DNA from: Eutreptiella sp. 'Long Island Sound 2002'
Lineage: Eukaryota; Protista; Euglenida
Assembly: GCA_964036045.1 (NCBI GenBank)
Contig: OZ038378.1
Span: 163,122,001 to 163,186,000, forward strand
Direction: 5' to 3'
DNA: 64,000 nt
A model generated the notes under the pieces. It ran no database searches, was not told where the DNA came from, and worked only from the letters and a program-made list of their open reading frames with translations. Positions 33,701 to 47,200 of this stretch are shown here, in pieces; position 1 is the first letter of the stretch, and each line of letters starts with the position of its first letter. A program made the translations under genes and the position numbers.

Positions 33701-36700
33701 CCACCGCAGGAGTCTTGTTATTTAAGGGGCCACGGGCAAGGCGGTGCACATAGGACATTTGGAGGCATTCATGTAGCATTCGGCAAAGTATGACATTGGA
33801 TGCTAATTTGCATCCTTTTTGGGAGACAAAATCAATGAAGTTTTCAATTTTGACCCCTCACCCCCCCCCCCCCCCCAAACCCCCAGAGGGAATGCTACAC
33901 ACGGTGTGCGCGGAGTGATTTCGTAGACCTACCCACCTGGTCGACAGTGAAATGCATGTGTTTCCAAGCTGTAAAAGGTAAAAGGCAATCCCAAACATGA
34001 TACGGCAGTATTGTGTTTCAAAAGGCCCAAAATTAGAACTTAAAAGTGTGTGTCAACTTTGGGCGTGCGGGTGCTTATGCAGCAGACAGCAAAAAATTCA
34101 GGCAAGGAGGCAACAATTTGGGCACCCTACAAATCTGCAAATGGGGTCAGAGGATGTACAGAAAACAGTCACTGAGTTAAGGGGTTTGGGTTATCAGAGC
34201 AGCCAGAGGCAGTGGCAAAGTCGGTGATTCAAAGGACTACGGCTACCATCTCTAACCCCCTGTCAATGGCCCAGGCCATGATTCCTAATTTGAGTCCAGT
34301 GAACGAGGGGGGGGACTCGGGGGGAGGGGGAGCCAACTCGAAATATCATCGTTGTTTCAAAAAGACTTTTTTGGAGTCTTTTCTGGCCTGTGCACCTGCT
34401 CAAGCATTGTTTGGACGTATGCTTTGTACCTCCTGCATCTTTGTGATGGTTGTAGAGCTCACCTCAACCACTTTTTTGTAGTTCTCGGTGCTTGTGGTTA
34501 TTCAACTGTGTTAAAAGACTGCACAGTGTTGATTCTCATTGTGATCAACTGGTTGACTGGAAATGGAAGGGAGGGGACCGGGCGTCCAGGGAGGTGCGCC
34601 TGGGCATGAATTCAGTACCAGCAACCACCTTGATGACCCCACAGATGCATCATGTTGGCACTGGGGGTGTCCAATCCAGATGGATGGTCAGTAGCAACGT
34701 GCTGTGCAAAAAGTCAACTGACTAGAAGCAGTCCCAGATGATCAGGCCCCACAGCAAAGGGCACAGCATTGTATTGAGTGATCCATCATCCTGTGGATGT
34801 AGGCGGCAGTTGGTACTGCTCACCTTCGTACCCCAGCTGCCCAGGGCATTGGTCCACGCACAATACACACAGAATCCTATTCAGACAGCTCATAGTGTAG
34901 CTCGTTAGTCTGATTTTTCGTGGGATACAGGGATCTGGATGCTGTGTGTACTATGTCAGGCTGAGAGGACTGAGGTTTGCACATCAAAACTTGTGGCTGC
35001 TGTCACTCCTTGTGGCTGCCACCAACTTTATATTGGATATGCAAAAAGGCCCCAGGCTGTGGTGAAGATTTTTTTTTACCTCGTGACCGAAGTTCCACCA
35101 AGTGTCCTTCGAGAATACACGTAGCAGGTCATGGGTCAGTGACAGGGCCGGCGAGCCAAGAGGACTTCTCTCTCAAAGGGACTGCAACCAGCAACATACA
35201 GACTGAAGAGTAGATTGTGGGACAAGGAGTCAAATCAGCAACAATTAGTGCGGGATTAGTGCGGTTCGTTTTGTGCGGTTGGTGTGTAGCTTTGCAGCCT
35301 GGGGCAAAGCATGGGATCACTGCATGAACGAGATCCAAGGGAATCTGACAGCTCACACCTGCAGTGTCCGTGCTTGAATGGTTGTAGTTCACCTGCAGGC
35401 TATGGTCACTTGCGTTCAGGCTGTGCTTCAGGATGAGAAAAAGAATGCAACAGCGCTCCAAAAAAGTCAACTTCATGACTCTTGGGCTGACAGATAGCTG
35501 CATGCCGGGTGAACACACCCTGTACCAAGGGTTGGAAAGGCAGCAAGACCATTCCCTGGGCACAACATGAGGGTGATGGGCGTGCAACATGCCAACGTGC
35601 TATGCCTGTCACCTGCCCCACAGAGCTAATGCGAAAATCAGAATCAGAAATTCAGAGTAATTGATGATCTTGTGTTTGCAACGCATGCCACTTGCAGAGT
35701 CTGAACAGCTGCCAGTGGCTTACAGAGGGTTCGGTTACAGACAAGATCTCTCACCATACGTGTATCCAAATCCAAGATCCAAGAAAACGGGATTGTCCAA
35801 AACAAAAAGAACAAATAGAACTGACCAGTCTCTTTGATGCATGGCCTCAACAAAATCCCAATTGACCAGCAACAGGTCTTGATTAGTCAGTACTTGTACC
35901 CACCCACTTCAGGATCATCAATGGATATCAATTGCTCCTATCCATCGCCCACGAAATGTCAACAGCAGTTGGGGAGCCATCAACCACTGTCGTTGTTTGC
36001 TCACAGCCATCTTGGCGTTGTCAAGCGCCAAGTGTCGAACACGTGATTGGTCCATACTTTTGGAAGAACCATCAAAAATACGGTGCGCAAGTGGCTATGC
36101 CAAAGGCAGAGCTGAGAGGGACGATCACAGAAAAATAAATCCGATGGAGGAAGGGCCCTCGATCGCCAGCAGTTTCACACTGTCACCCAAATCCTATCGA
36201 GCTGAATTCAACTTTGTGCCGTCCCTGGGAAAGAAGAAGAATTATGGCCACAAAAAACAGTCCTTGGCGTGCAACTGATGGGTAACCGCCAAACTGAACG
36301 AAGAAACGTGCCATCTCCAAACCCGACAGCTCCCTAGCTTAAAGGAAACCAGACCGTCGCGCCCTCATCAAATAGCCACACTAGGTGGCAGGCAACAGAA
36401 ACAACTGGGCCATTCGCCAACGGTGGACAGCCAGTCACTGTCAACAATAAGCTGTCGGCAGCCAACAATTAACTGCCAGCACTTGGTGGTCAACCCATGA
36501 ATGTAGCTGGTAACTGCCAGCGTCCGGCGATGAAACAACAGCGCTTGACTGGTAACCGCCATTGGTTGTCTGGTAACCACCAGCTTGACTTGCGCTCCTT
36601 TAAAATGCTCAATAATGAGAGGGGGGGGGGGGGGAGGAGTGCCCTGAACAAATCCAGTGACACTCTGAGCAAACATGGTCACGTGAGACTGTAACTGAAT

Positions 36701-37768
36701 TGGTCCAAAGGCAGCACGGGGCCTTGTCTTAGGCTCATGGTACCAGTGCTAACTGTTTCTTGTACCAGCCACCTCCCACACAGAGCACATCTGCGAGTGT
36801 ACATCACCACACACCCAAATGCGCAATGTGCTGATATATAGGCTGTAGACTTACAGAGGGAGTGCACAGAGATGCCAGTGGCATCTTCAGCCTGTAACAG
36901 CTGATTGCACAGCACATCAAGCTTGGCATGGGATCCACACAAATGTGAAATGGAACGTCCCTCATTGAAAACTGCACGTCGGGGACCGTGACGATACATG
37001 CATCAAGATTTGGCTTGGGTTTCAGGTCTCGCACGGCGTCGCGGGCGAGATTATAAATCGCGGAATCCGAATCATCTTTGATTTGCAGTGATGGATATTG
37101 CCGATGGGGGACTTGTTCAATTCTGCGTCTCCTGGCCTAAATCACCTAGACTTCCAAAGCGATCCTCACATGGATGTGTCAATGCAGGGTGTCTGCAAAA
37201 GGGTGCGAGCAGAGTGTGTGCAGACGGCAGATGTTCGCGTACGTTGCCTAATCCAAGCTATTCGCGAAACACATGTCACACCACCTGGGAGCTTCGTTTC
37301 GGCTATTGTTTAGTGCCAGCGAGAGCCAGAATTGCTGCGTGCAGAGGACCCACAATTCAGATAACGTCACCCTACAGCACACAAACCCCCTCACTGATTG
37401 CCATTGATCATTATCAATGGTACAAAAAGTCATGTGTGAATCACCCAAGGCATTGGACAGGTCAAAGAGGCATGTAAGCATTACGGAGCACCAAACCATG
37501 CCCTGGTCAGGGTAGGGCGAAAATCAGCACAAAGGGGAGTCAAGCAGGTGGAAAAGAGGGTAGAAAACACGCAATCCGCCTGTCCACCTATGATCCCTGC
37601 CTTCCTCCCTGTAGTGATCTTCAACCTGTTGTACACAACCACTGCGCATAACTCTCGCAGGGGTAAAAGTGGGTGCAGGGTGGTGTAACTTCCCAATCCC
37701 AATCTTGGTCAGAATGGAGAATTTTAAAACAAATGTGGATAAGTAGCGCCACAGTATGAAACCACCAC

Positions 37769-37798
37769 ACCGTACCGTACGACCGTACCGTACCGTAC
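37769..37798. repeat. (CCGTA)n pentanucleotide microsatellite
   Basis: accgtaccgtacgaccgtaccgtaccgtac. Confidence 0.85.
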
Positions 37799-38248
37799 TG
37801 CACCACACCAGTTTTTGTTGTGGGAATAGGCTTCTGGTTTCAAGAATGTATTAAGCAGCAAACTTTTATTAAGCAGGGACTTGACTCGGCAAGGTTGCAG
37901 CGTCTCCCAGGAGGCTGCCAACAAAAACCCACAGGGTCATTGGGACAGGTGACACTGTGGCCCACCTACCAACTAACGGTCAAAGAAGAAGAGTCAACAC
38001 TGATACCTAAAAATGATCTACATGACGTGATCAGTGGGGGTAAAAAAAACCTTGGGGCCCAAAAAGTCAACAAAATCTCTGTTTCCATCAACTGCCATTG
38101 TACAACTGCCAGCCACTGTTAATCTGACTGAAACAGCTATCAGACAAACAGCCACTGTCTGGTGACAGCGAACCACCGTCGTTCGCCATCAACCCCCGTA
38201 AGTCCCGCCCACCAACGCGTACCGTGTGTTCCTACACTTGGCACCAAA

Positions 38249-40800
38249 TCAATCCTCATCGTCGTCATTTTCCTCTTCCTCTTCTGCTCGTTTAGTCGCC
38301 TCAGAATCCTTCCCTGATGCAGGCTCAGGGCTACTGTTGAAGCCACCAGGCCCCCCAGCCCCTGAATGGCCCAGTGCCTCTGCTTCAAACAATGTACTGC
38401 GGAGCGCCTCGCGTTGCATTGGATCTGCCATCCAAGGGAACTTGTGGATCCACCAGACTGCGACCAAGTGTGTCAGCCACAGCCTGGCCAACTTAGCATT
38501 CAGCGGTTCCTGCCGCAGTATGGCAGCGCGCTGGTGACGCTCATGGATGGCCACAAGATGGTGGGCAGCTTCCTTTTCTTGCTCCTTATCTCTGCGCAAG
38601 CGAGTGTCCAAGACTTCTTTCTGGTGGTGGTGACGGTCCCTGAGCAAGCGACATGATCCAGTGAGCCATGGGACAGATCTTTGGACAAAATGCGCCACAA
38701 ATATTCCTGCATGACGCCGAGCCAACTCCAACAGATCCAAATTGGTCCAAACAACCCACAAATCCATGTACAGGGAGGGATTCTTGTACGGGTATTAATT
38801 TGCGGCGGAAAATTTTGTGGGGGGGAAATTTCGCCACCCTTGGAAATCCAACAGCTCCAACTGACTGATGCACACCCTAAAGCGCAAGCCCATCAGTCAG
38901 GAAGATTTGTAAATAAAATTGCCACTGAAAGTAGCAATAGTTCACAACATCTGAAAGATTCTGCTGGCTCAAACACTTGGCCAAAAACTATGGACCCAAG
39001 CTTCACTACTCTGCCGACACCCATAAATGAAAGCAGGGGAAAATTTCGCCACTGTTCTCAAAAAACGAATTTTCCATGAAATCATCCCCCCCCCCCACCT
39101 GTAGTCAAAACCATGACACAATACCTTGAAGCATGGTGCAGGCAGATGCCATGGAGACATGGGATAGATAACAAAATCGCAAACAGCATGACAGAGATAT
39201 GCCACGGACACTGATGCATAACCGCACTGACGACGTGATGTTCGGAGCCTCTCAGGTCTGCTGCATATAACACTACGGGCCCTAGAAGGCTACGTGGCAG
39301 TGCTAAACCAGGTGGGTGTGCGCCACGCCGAAGTTTTCCACCTGGTGCAGTTACACACCCCACAGATTTCCTTGTGCACCTTTGGCTCGGTCAAAAACAA
39401 ACCAAGCTCCACTCGCGTGCCAAATGTACAACTTTGTGGCCATTTCTTCTCCCACTAATTGCACAATGCATTGTTTGTTAGACTTTTTACTCGGAATGAC
39501 CAACTAAACTACAACATACGTTTGCCTCTTTTTGATGCCTGATTTTATATCTGCCCAATACCGGACCGCCAACATGTTCTCGTAGATATGGTCCTTGCTT
39601 TCACCCTTCGAATCATCCAGCATATCATTAAAAGAACTCATAGAAAGAGCTGAGTCTGAATGAGATGGGCAGCAGTGGGGTGGAAAGGACAGACACAAGT
39701 ACAATATGCAGAAGCATTGCACGAACAATCGGGACATGACACATGTAAGGAATGGATCGTTGCAGTGGCAATGGACAGACAGAAAGCATGACGAAACATG
39801 TTCAAAATGTGCGCCACACACACAGATTCATTGCGGTGGGTGGGCAATACCTTCGTTGTTGGTAAAATAGGAAGCCTTCATGGAAATCTGTCTTGCTGCT
39901 TGCAGAGCCTGCAGACACCAGTGGTGACCAAATCCATCATGGATCAGATGTGGAGATCGCCATCACCGATCATTCTTCTCATTACTTCGTTTACTTTCTT
40001 GATGACAGCATTGAACCTACTGACCTTCAGACTGCCTTTGCTTCCCCAAACCCAGATGAACATGAAGCAAGCAATCCAACTAGATTCAGCCCACCATCCA
40101 CCTCTTCCTTTGAGCCGGTCGCCAATGACCACGCCAGAAAAAAAGCCATGTTCCCATTGGATAGGAGGTCCAAACACAAAGATTCCCCATTCTGGGACTT
40201 CCCAGACTGTGCGGCACAGGGAGGGTCTTCTCGGGGGACCCGTAGACGGCCCAAACTGGGTTGCATCGAAACAATACTTGGGTGGTACCTTGACAATGGC
40301 TATTGGCAGCACAAAAACAGACTTCCAAATTCAATTTGGATCGGCGCCTAGACGGTGCAGTAGGCCACGTGGTTGTGTACTCAACACTGCAGAACTGCCC
40401 ATACATGCTCTTGTGGCAGGCCGCGACCAGCCGCACACAAGGTTGAAAGGCATCAAGTTGGAACACATGCTGTTGTAGTGTTACAACCCACCGACCATCC
40501 CCTCCCATCAGTACTTTCAGTCCAATTTTTTGAAGAACATCAATCAAAACCAGCCATTCTGGGGCTTCCGGGTTGACTGAGGTACATACAGACCTGGTCA
40601 CGCTTGCGATACTCAGAGACACGATGCAAAAGCTCGGCTCTTTGAATTGGGTCCTCACGCTCCTCCGCTAATTTCGCTTCTATCTGCTCCCTGCGGCTGC
40701 GGAAGTTGGTCGGAGACCGCCGGGGGGAATTCATGGTTGCAGGTTGAGGAGCTGAAGGCTTGATGCTGGTACGTCTGGGTCTGGTGCGAGGGCTTTCATT
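38249..40800 (-). mobile_element. Decayed, apparently intron-containing DNA-transposon gene (hAT-like C-terminus)
   Basis: Putative first exon MNSPRRSPTNF...HRVSEYRKRDQ|gtctgt (~40735-40595). Further protein-like frames at 40086..40540 and 39504..39700. The terminal ORF 38249..38767 (LWVVWTNLDLLELARRHAGIFVAHFVQRSV...) has an acidic tail, loosely like a hAT dimerisation region. Confidence 0.35.
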
Positions 40801-43800
40801 CTGTGCTGTGAAGAAGCATAAGAAATTGAGCTGGTGAACTAACACATTAACCACGCACCCAAAATAAGCACTGAACGTGTCCCAAATATCCCAAGACCTA
40901 CACTTTATTCCTAACTGCTCTTCACGTGTTTGCTGCTTCTTACAACGGACGGTGGGGGGCTCCCTCACTGTGAGGCCGTGTCTGCTGGGCCCTGATGCCT
41001 CATCCCTCACTTTGGAAAGCGCTCCTGTCACAAGGCTGTGTCACACGTGACTTCTGGTGTCCTTGTGCAACCACCCTCTGGTCCACAAGCCCCGTGCAGG
41101 AGTTGCATCGAGCACCACTGCGAGGTCCTGTGCATCCCTCTCGGATGCCCAAAGGTGCCTTGGCGGCCTGGTGCCGGATGTGCACAGCAATTGACAGCGG
41201 TTAACACCGCTGAACAACAGTTTTCATTCATGCACCCTAACAAGAAGTGCACAGAAACGTGCCTTACAAGGACAAACCGGCAGCCACCAGAAGCCCTGAA
41301 GATTGTCTTAACCCAAGGCACACAAGCAGTCCAATGGAAAATGACAAGCACGGGCACAGCTGAAGGCCACAAAACTGACCAGACAACAGAGTGAACACAG
41401 GGCAACACAAAAGCGGCAAGAAAAAAGGGGGGGGGGGGGAAGAGCGTGCAGGGCAGTGCGGCACGTGCCAACCGACCCATGAACCGTGCGAATGACCAAG
41501 AGAACGTCAATGAAGTGTGTATATCACACAACGCCAGACCACCAAAAACAAACGAGATACAAAACAGTGCAACTCAGAGGAAAGCAAGTAAATGAAAGCC
41601 CAGTGTGTCAAACTGTAGGGCAGTGCAGCATGTCAACCATTTTGTGCCTGTAGCATCTAGCCCCCCCCCCCCCCCCCCCCCGGGCCCCACTTGATTTCTG
41701 CAGCCACCCCAGTCAGCTGTAGAACCACTGCCGCAAGTTGTGCCCTGTTTGCGAATGGGCAGGAAGGTAAGCCAGTCGTTGGTGTGGCTGTTGTCCCCAT
41801 GCTCTGGAGACCCACTTGAGCTGAACTATGTCGTGGAGGTAAAGAAGTGACAGGGACATGGAAAGCAACAAAGGTATCACAGGTTCATCAAGGAGAAGGG
41901 GAAGGATTCCATGGAGCAGGAAAAAGCAGCCTCTGGAAGCCTTGACATCCGTTGTGCCCTGGGAAGCGCACCTGCAAAGTTGCCTGAGCCAAGCACATTA
42001 TAGTTATTGAGATCCTCCAGTTCCTGAAAACAGAAAGAGTCAGAACACAGAAACAAAGACCACAGGCAATAAAAGCCCCAGAGGGGGGCGTGCAGGATTT
42101 ATGGAAACCAGTTGAGTCAGGTACGGACTCTCAATATGACCCTGCTCTGCATCTTGCTGTTGCCAGGGATGCATATTGGGACCTGTCTTTGTGTGGTTTC
42201 TTTGTTTCTCTGTTGCAGGCTCGCACACTGCAGGGTATGCCACAGGACACCCCATGTACCCACAGAAGGGGGGGCTACATGCGCCCGCGCCTGCACTTCG
42301 ATCTAACAACCCTCTTCGAGGTGATTGTCCGGGGCTCAACCTGACGCAAATGATTTTTCTCCCCAGGATGTCAAAAAAACTGGGTGGTTGAGAGGGTGTG
42401 GGTCGAGAGCAGTGAAGCGGCATCAACAGCAACAGATGGGACATGTTTTGCTGTCATGCAAGTCATGCAAACGTGTAACATGTAAAATATTGTCAAGACT
42501 TCTGATATACGACTGTACAGCAGCTCATGGAGCTGTCCAGCAGAGCAGACAGAGAAAAGGCACCTGTGTCTTAGGTCGGAATGCACCCACACAAATCCTG
42601 GGTAGAGTTGGTCAGGGATCTCTGTGATGTGCCCGACTATGTGCCAAATGCAGCAACAACTTTGGGATTGAAAATTCAGATTGAAGCCCCTTGAAGCTCC
42701 TGGTGTTCTGAGCACAAACTTGGCTTTGAGGGGGCCACATACCTGGAGAATATCGCGCAGTTGAGCATCTCTTTCCTCTTTTGTTGACACACAAAATTTG
42801 GGACTTCCATCCGCAAAAACTGCAAAGGCAAGATGCGGGAGAGATTGAGGCGGCAGACACACAGAAGGAAAGCAGAAGACAGGGGAAAAAAGCAGAGCTG
42901 CTCTGTCACCAAGTGTCGCTGACCTGCACAGTGATGGTTATGCATCATGACATCAATCAAAAAGTCAGGGTTGTGTTGAATGGAGAATGGGAAAAAGGAA
43001 ACTCCACTGAGCCTCAACAAAGCGCCAGCCGACCAGCAGCTGCTGTTGGTTGATCACCGTGATCCATAAACAGTCATTGATTTACCACAGCAACCCCGTC
43101 CATCAACCTTCATTCAAATCAGAACTATTCTGCCCCCACCCACGTTGAAATATTCAACGTTGAATTGGAACATATTGACTTGCCTCAGTGCAATTACACA
43201 TGCAGAGGCCAGAAACTGGTGACGCGACGGTGCCCATCCCCCAGGGTATAGTTGAGATGTCAACAGATCCTGGTAGTTGCTGCACGTACCCATAACAGAC
43301 TCGTACCAAATCATAAATCATTTTGCCAACAGCAAGTGTTTTATTCTACCCCCCCCCCCAGTGTCCAACGAAAAATTTGGTCCCAAATTAATACGGTCCG
43401 AACAGGAGTGTTCGTTGGACACGTCGTTCAGTGCATGCGACAATATTGTGAAACGGCGGTAACCTAGGCACAAGATACCCAGCCCATTCAAAGCACCATG
43501 CGGTGGAGGCCTCCAATTAGCACTTTTCAGAGTAGAAGCCCTTGTTGTGGTCCTGCTTCAAGCGGAAAAGCTGAACATGCTTCCCGGGCTTGGGGCCCTT
43601 CTGGTTCTTGTGACAGGCAGAAATGGCAGCCCGATCCGGCTCAGGCACTTTCGGGATGGACAGATTTGATGGGACAGCACTGTCCTCCCTCCATCAAATC
43701 ACGGAGAGTACCCAGTACACAGCAAACACGGTTTCTGGTGTTGTTGGTGTGGTCACAGTTGCCTGCACAGGTCTCACTTTTCTTGGTGTGGCTGTGGTCC

Positions 43801-44037
43801 TGTGTGGCATCTCAGGTGCAGGGCAGTGCAGGGCTGTAGGGGCTGTGAAGGAAAAAAAATATGCATGAGCCAGGTGGCTCCATGTGCTCCGTGTGCGTGG
43901 CAGCTGTGCTGACCGTTGTACACAAACCGTTGACTCTATTGCACGAAATTCATGTGGAAGGCAACACACTTCGCGGTCTCGTGTTGCCATTTCCTGTGCC
44001 ACAGTGACAAACTTGCACCAGGTCGCCATTGGTACAC

Positions 44038-44213
44038 TCAAAAACAGTGTGGCACATGCCTTTGTTGTACGCTTCTTGTCTCTTCCAGCCAGGGAGCCAA
44101 TTTTTTAAACCTAAAATAAAGCTGTGCGTCGATTACGTATTCGCGTTTTGTGCGTGGCGGCAGTTGGACCGGGGACCGAAATACGCCGACAAAGAGCGTT
44201 GGGTCGTGGTACT
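44038..44213 (-). CDS. Ankyrin gene exon 13, possibly terminal (EYHDPTLFVGVFRSP...EYVIDAQLYFRFKKLAPW...HCF*)
   Basis: Strong ttcctttcttgcag acceptor, phase 1. No typical GTRTGY donor before the TGA at 44038, so the 3' end is uncertain. Confidence 0.65.
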
Positions 44214-47200
44214 CTGCAAGAAAGGAACATAGACTGATAGAGTACTCACAGAACAAGAAATAAACAGCCTATGGCATGTGCCAAAGGCGCCAAGAAAAAA
44301 TTTCCCCGTCATTTAAAAACGTTCCCAAAACTCAGGTTCTCAACTGCACTGGAGCAGGGGGGGGGGGGTCGACGGGAGGCGGTCTAGGGGGGGGGGGGTC
44401 CCCCCACCCCCCTGTCAGAATGAAAATGAAAGCAATCCCTGCCCCCCCCCACCCACTGGACCTGTGGCGGGGGTTCAGCATACAATTTCGGGATCAGCAC
44501 GAGCACAAGCATACCACCAAGACTGTGGGAAACTAATGAAGGAAGCTGATAATCAGCAGAGTCATGTACTCCACATTGATCCCCAATCAAATCCATGACG
44601 TCATGTGCCCGCTCGTTGCACAAATGCACTTGTGGTGTGAGGCTGTGAAGCTGTGAGACAGCCGAACGTGTGCTGACAGCATGCAACACACGAACGACAG
44701 TCCAAACAAGACAGGGAACAGGGAAGAACGGGCACTGCAAGTAATCTTCCTTCTGTCATGCAAATTCTCCTTGTTGATCTGTAATCCAGCCTACTTTTGC
44801 TTTTCTTACATGGATATTGTTCTGACAAACACTTAAATGGACAGGGATATCTCCAGACACCAAATCCACCAGGCATGAAACACTTTGTGGGGCCACCAAA
44901 TGAAGGGTGTGCGTGGCCAACATCTCTGAATAGATATTTATACACGCTGCGGCAGAGCATCAGGTGCAAATATAGGCTGCATGGGCTGTGGTGGTGGTTA
45001 GGGGTTGGGGGTCAAACCATGCAGAATTGATGGGTGTGAGAAGGAATGCTATCAACCAGACGACCAAGAAAAAAGAGTTTTCCAGATTTTCACCATGCAA
45101 AAAGCCTGCAAAAAAAATTACAGGCTGCCAAAATGTATGCTCCATGAATTGCACCAGGATGGCACAAGGGGACCAGAACAGCAACAATTAGGCATCCTAC
45201 ATACCTCCCAGAAATCCTCAGAGGGGATAGTACGGGGCAGCATGGTATTTAACACCATGGACAGACAGCTGTCTTTGCGACGTATGGCATTTGATGGTCG
45301 CGGCGGCAATCTGTCAAACATCTTCCGTAGATCTACAGTGGTGATTGATGTTGGCTCCGTTGGGAAAGTGTCCAATTTGGACTCAGCCTCCCCTGCCAAG
45401 AGTACGATTGTGAGCAGTAGACAATTCATGGGGAATTAAATGGCATGCAGGCCTGTACTGAAACAGGAGGGACGAAAGAAGATGTCTTCATCATCAGGTA
45501 TAAGACGTGTACTTCAGGCTGGAAAAAAGGTTCGTGGGCTGTGGCAGCACAGAGAGGGACTGGGTGCCATTGGGGGCCCGGACTGTGTGCTGCGCACTTC
45601 GTTGTTTGCTTGTCTGCGATGCGCTAAGCTCTTGGGACACCCTCAGTGCTGGGGGCCTCGATGCTCATCAGTCTGCATCATCCACCAGATTTGTGGTCAG
45701 CAGGTCTAGTGAAACACCAACAGCAAACTCGTAACCAGCAGAGCAAAATGGGAACCCCCCCCCCCTCCCCTTCATGCGACAATCCCCCCTCGCCATGACG
45801 GGACGGTCAACAAGTGACGGTTGCCCCCAACCCCAAGGGGCAAGACTCGCTTGCGTGTCGGAGGTTCTGGATCCGAGCAATGTGCGCAACCACATTGTGG
45901 CCCCACCACAGAACGTGGAAAATTGCACCTCATCAGGAACAGCCCCATTCGGCTCAGAGTCACCTCATGTGGCACTGCGCAGGGTATCATCATAGATGCG
46001 CTCCTATTTGTTCAAAATCCAAATTGCCATTTTGTGGGTGCAGAAGGGTGCTTGTGGTGTGCAGCCGCTGCACCCCAAGATCGATGCTTCCCAAAAGTGA
46101 GCGCGGAACGGGGCTGCGGTATCGAGATACACTGGAATACCGTCAGGGTAAGTGTTCACTTGTGTCTGGCATGTCCTGGCACTGGGCTCACTGTCCTGCT
46201 ATGATGGAGGCAGTGTTTCAAATTGCAGTCCACTCATTTGCATGGCTTCAGCTGCAAGTGCTGCTCTTGCGAAGGGGTGTGTCGGTGTGGCCTGCTGTTC
46301 TGCAACATCTCGGGTGCCACAGCTGTAGCTTTGCACCGCCGCTTGCGGCGTTGGACTGTTGAGCCCTCCCATGGGTACTGCGCACTCGCCGTTGGGTAAG
46401 GACGGCATGATCATCAGCCGGAACAGCCCGTGCAAATAAATCCCTGAGCTACAGACATGAATTTCTGCAGAACCCTGAGAGGCATATATCAAGCGCGCGC
46501 ACACCTGCGGCAACGATTTTGCTGGTAACAGACTTCCTCGGTGATCGACCGGATCTGGGGCCATGTGTTCTTGCATGTTGTGGGGGAGAAGGCGTCTGGA
46601 TCTGACTTTTCAGAGGTTGAGCGATGACGGGCCGCATTGTGCAGCAGCCCACGCTCCTCGAGCTACAGGTGGTACCACATGCACCGGAACAAAAAAAGAG
46701 AAAAGAAGAGATCTGCAACGCGTTCGGCAGAAGAGCAAATGGAGGAGGTGGTGGTGGTGCTTCAGATTGGCACTCAGACTGCACACGTGGGAGGCGAAAA
46801 GGCTGCAAGGTGACCATGAAAGCTTCTATAGTGCCATGTGATCGATACTATCCCTGTAGAAAATGCAGCGCACCTGTGTGTGACACATTGCCAGGGCCAC
46901 TGCATGTCATAATACAAGAAACAAATGAAAGCAGGAGATCTGGAGCCCACAATTAATGCTGTATGATTTGTATGTATTGCTGTATGACTAAGTCTCAGAG
47001 GTGGCTGCACTATCCTTCTTACAGCACAAAAAATTGCATCAACCTTTAGTTGAACAAACCATTCTCTCCTGGACTCCACACCAGATGAAAACTGTTGCGG
47101 CCAAAAACAAAGTGGTCGCCACTCGTCGTGGCGAGTCGTGTGAGCTTGAGTTTGAGTTTGAGCTTGAGGCTCACCGCTCAACAGGTTTTTCGTAGTATGC

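Noticed and set aside
33065-33779. Gly/Pro-rich ORFs
   Set aside because: They are translations of the poly-G minisatellite.
45005-45439. 144-aa plus-strand ORF
   Set aside because: It is the antisense shadow of ankyrin exon 11.
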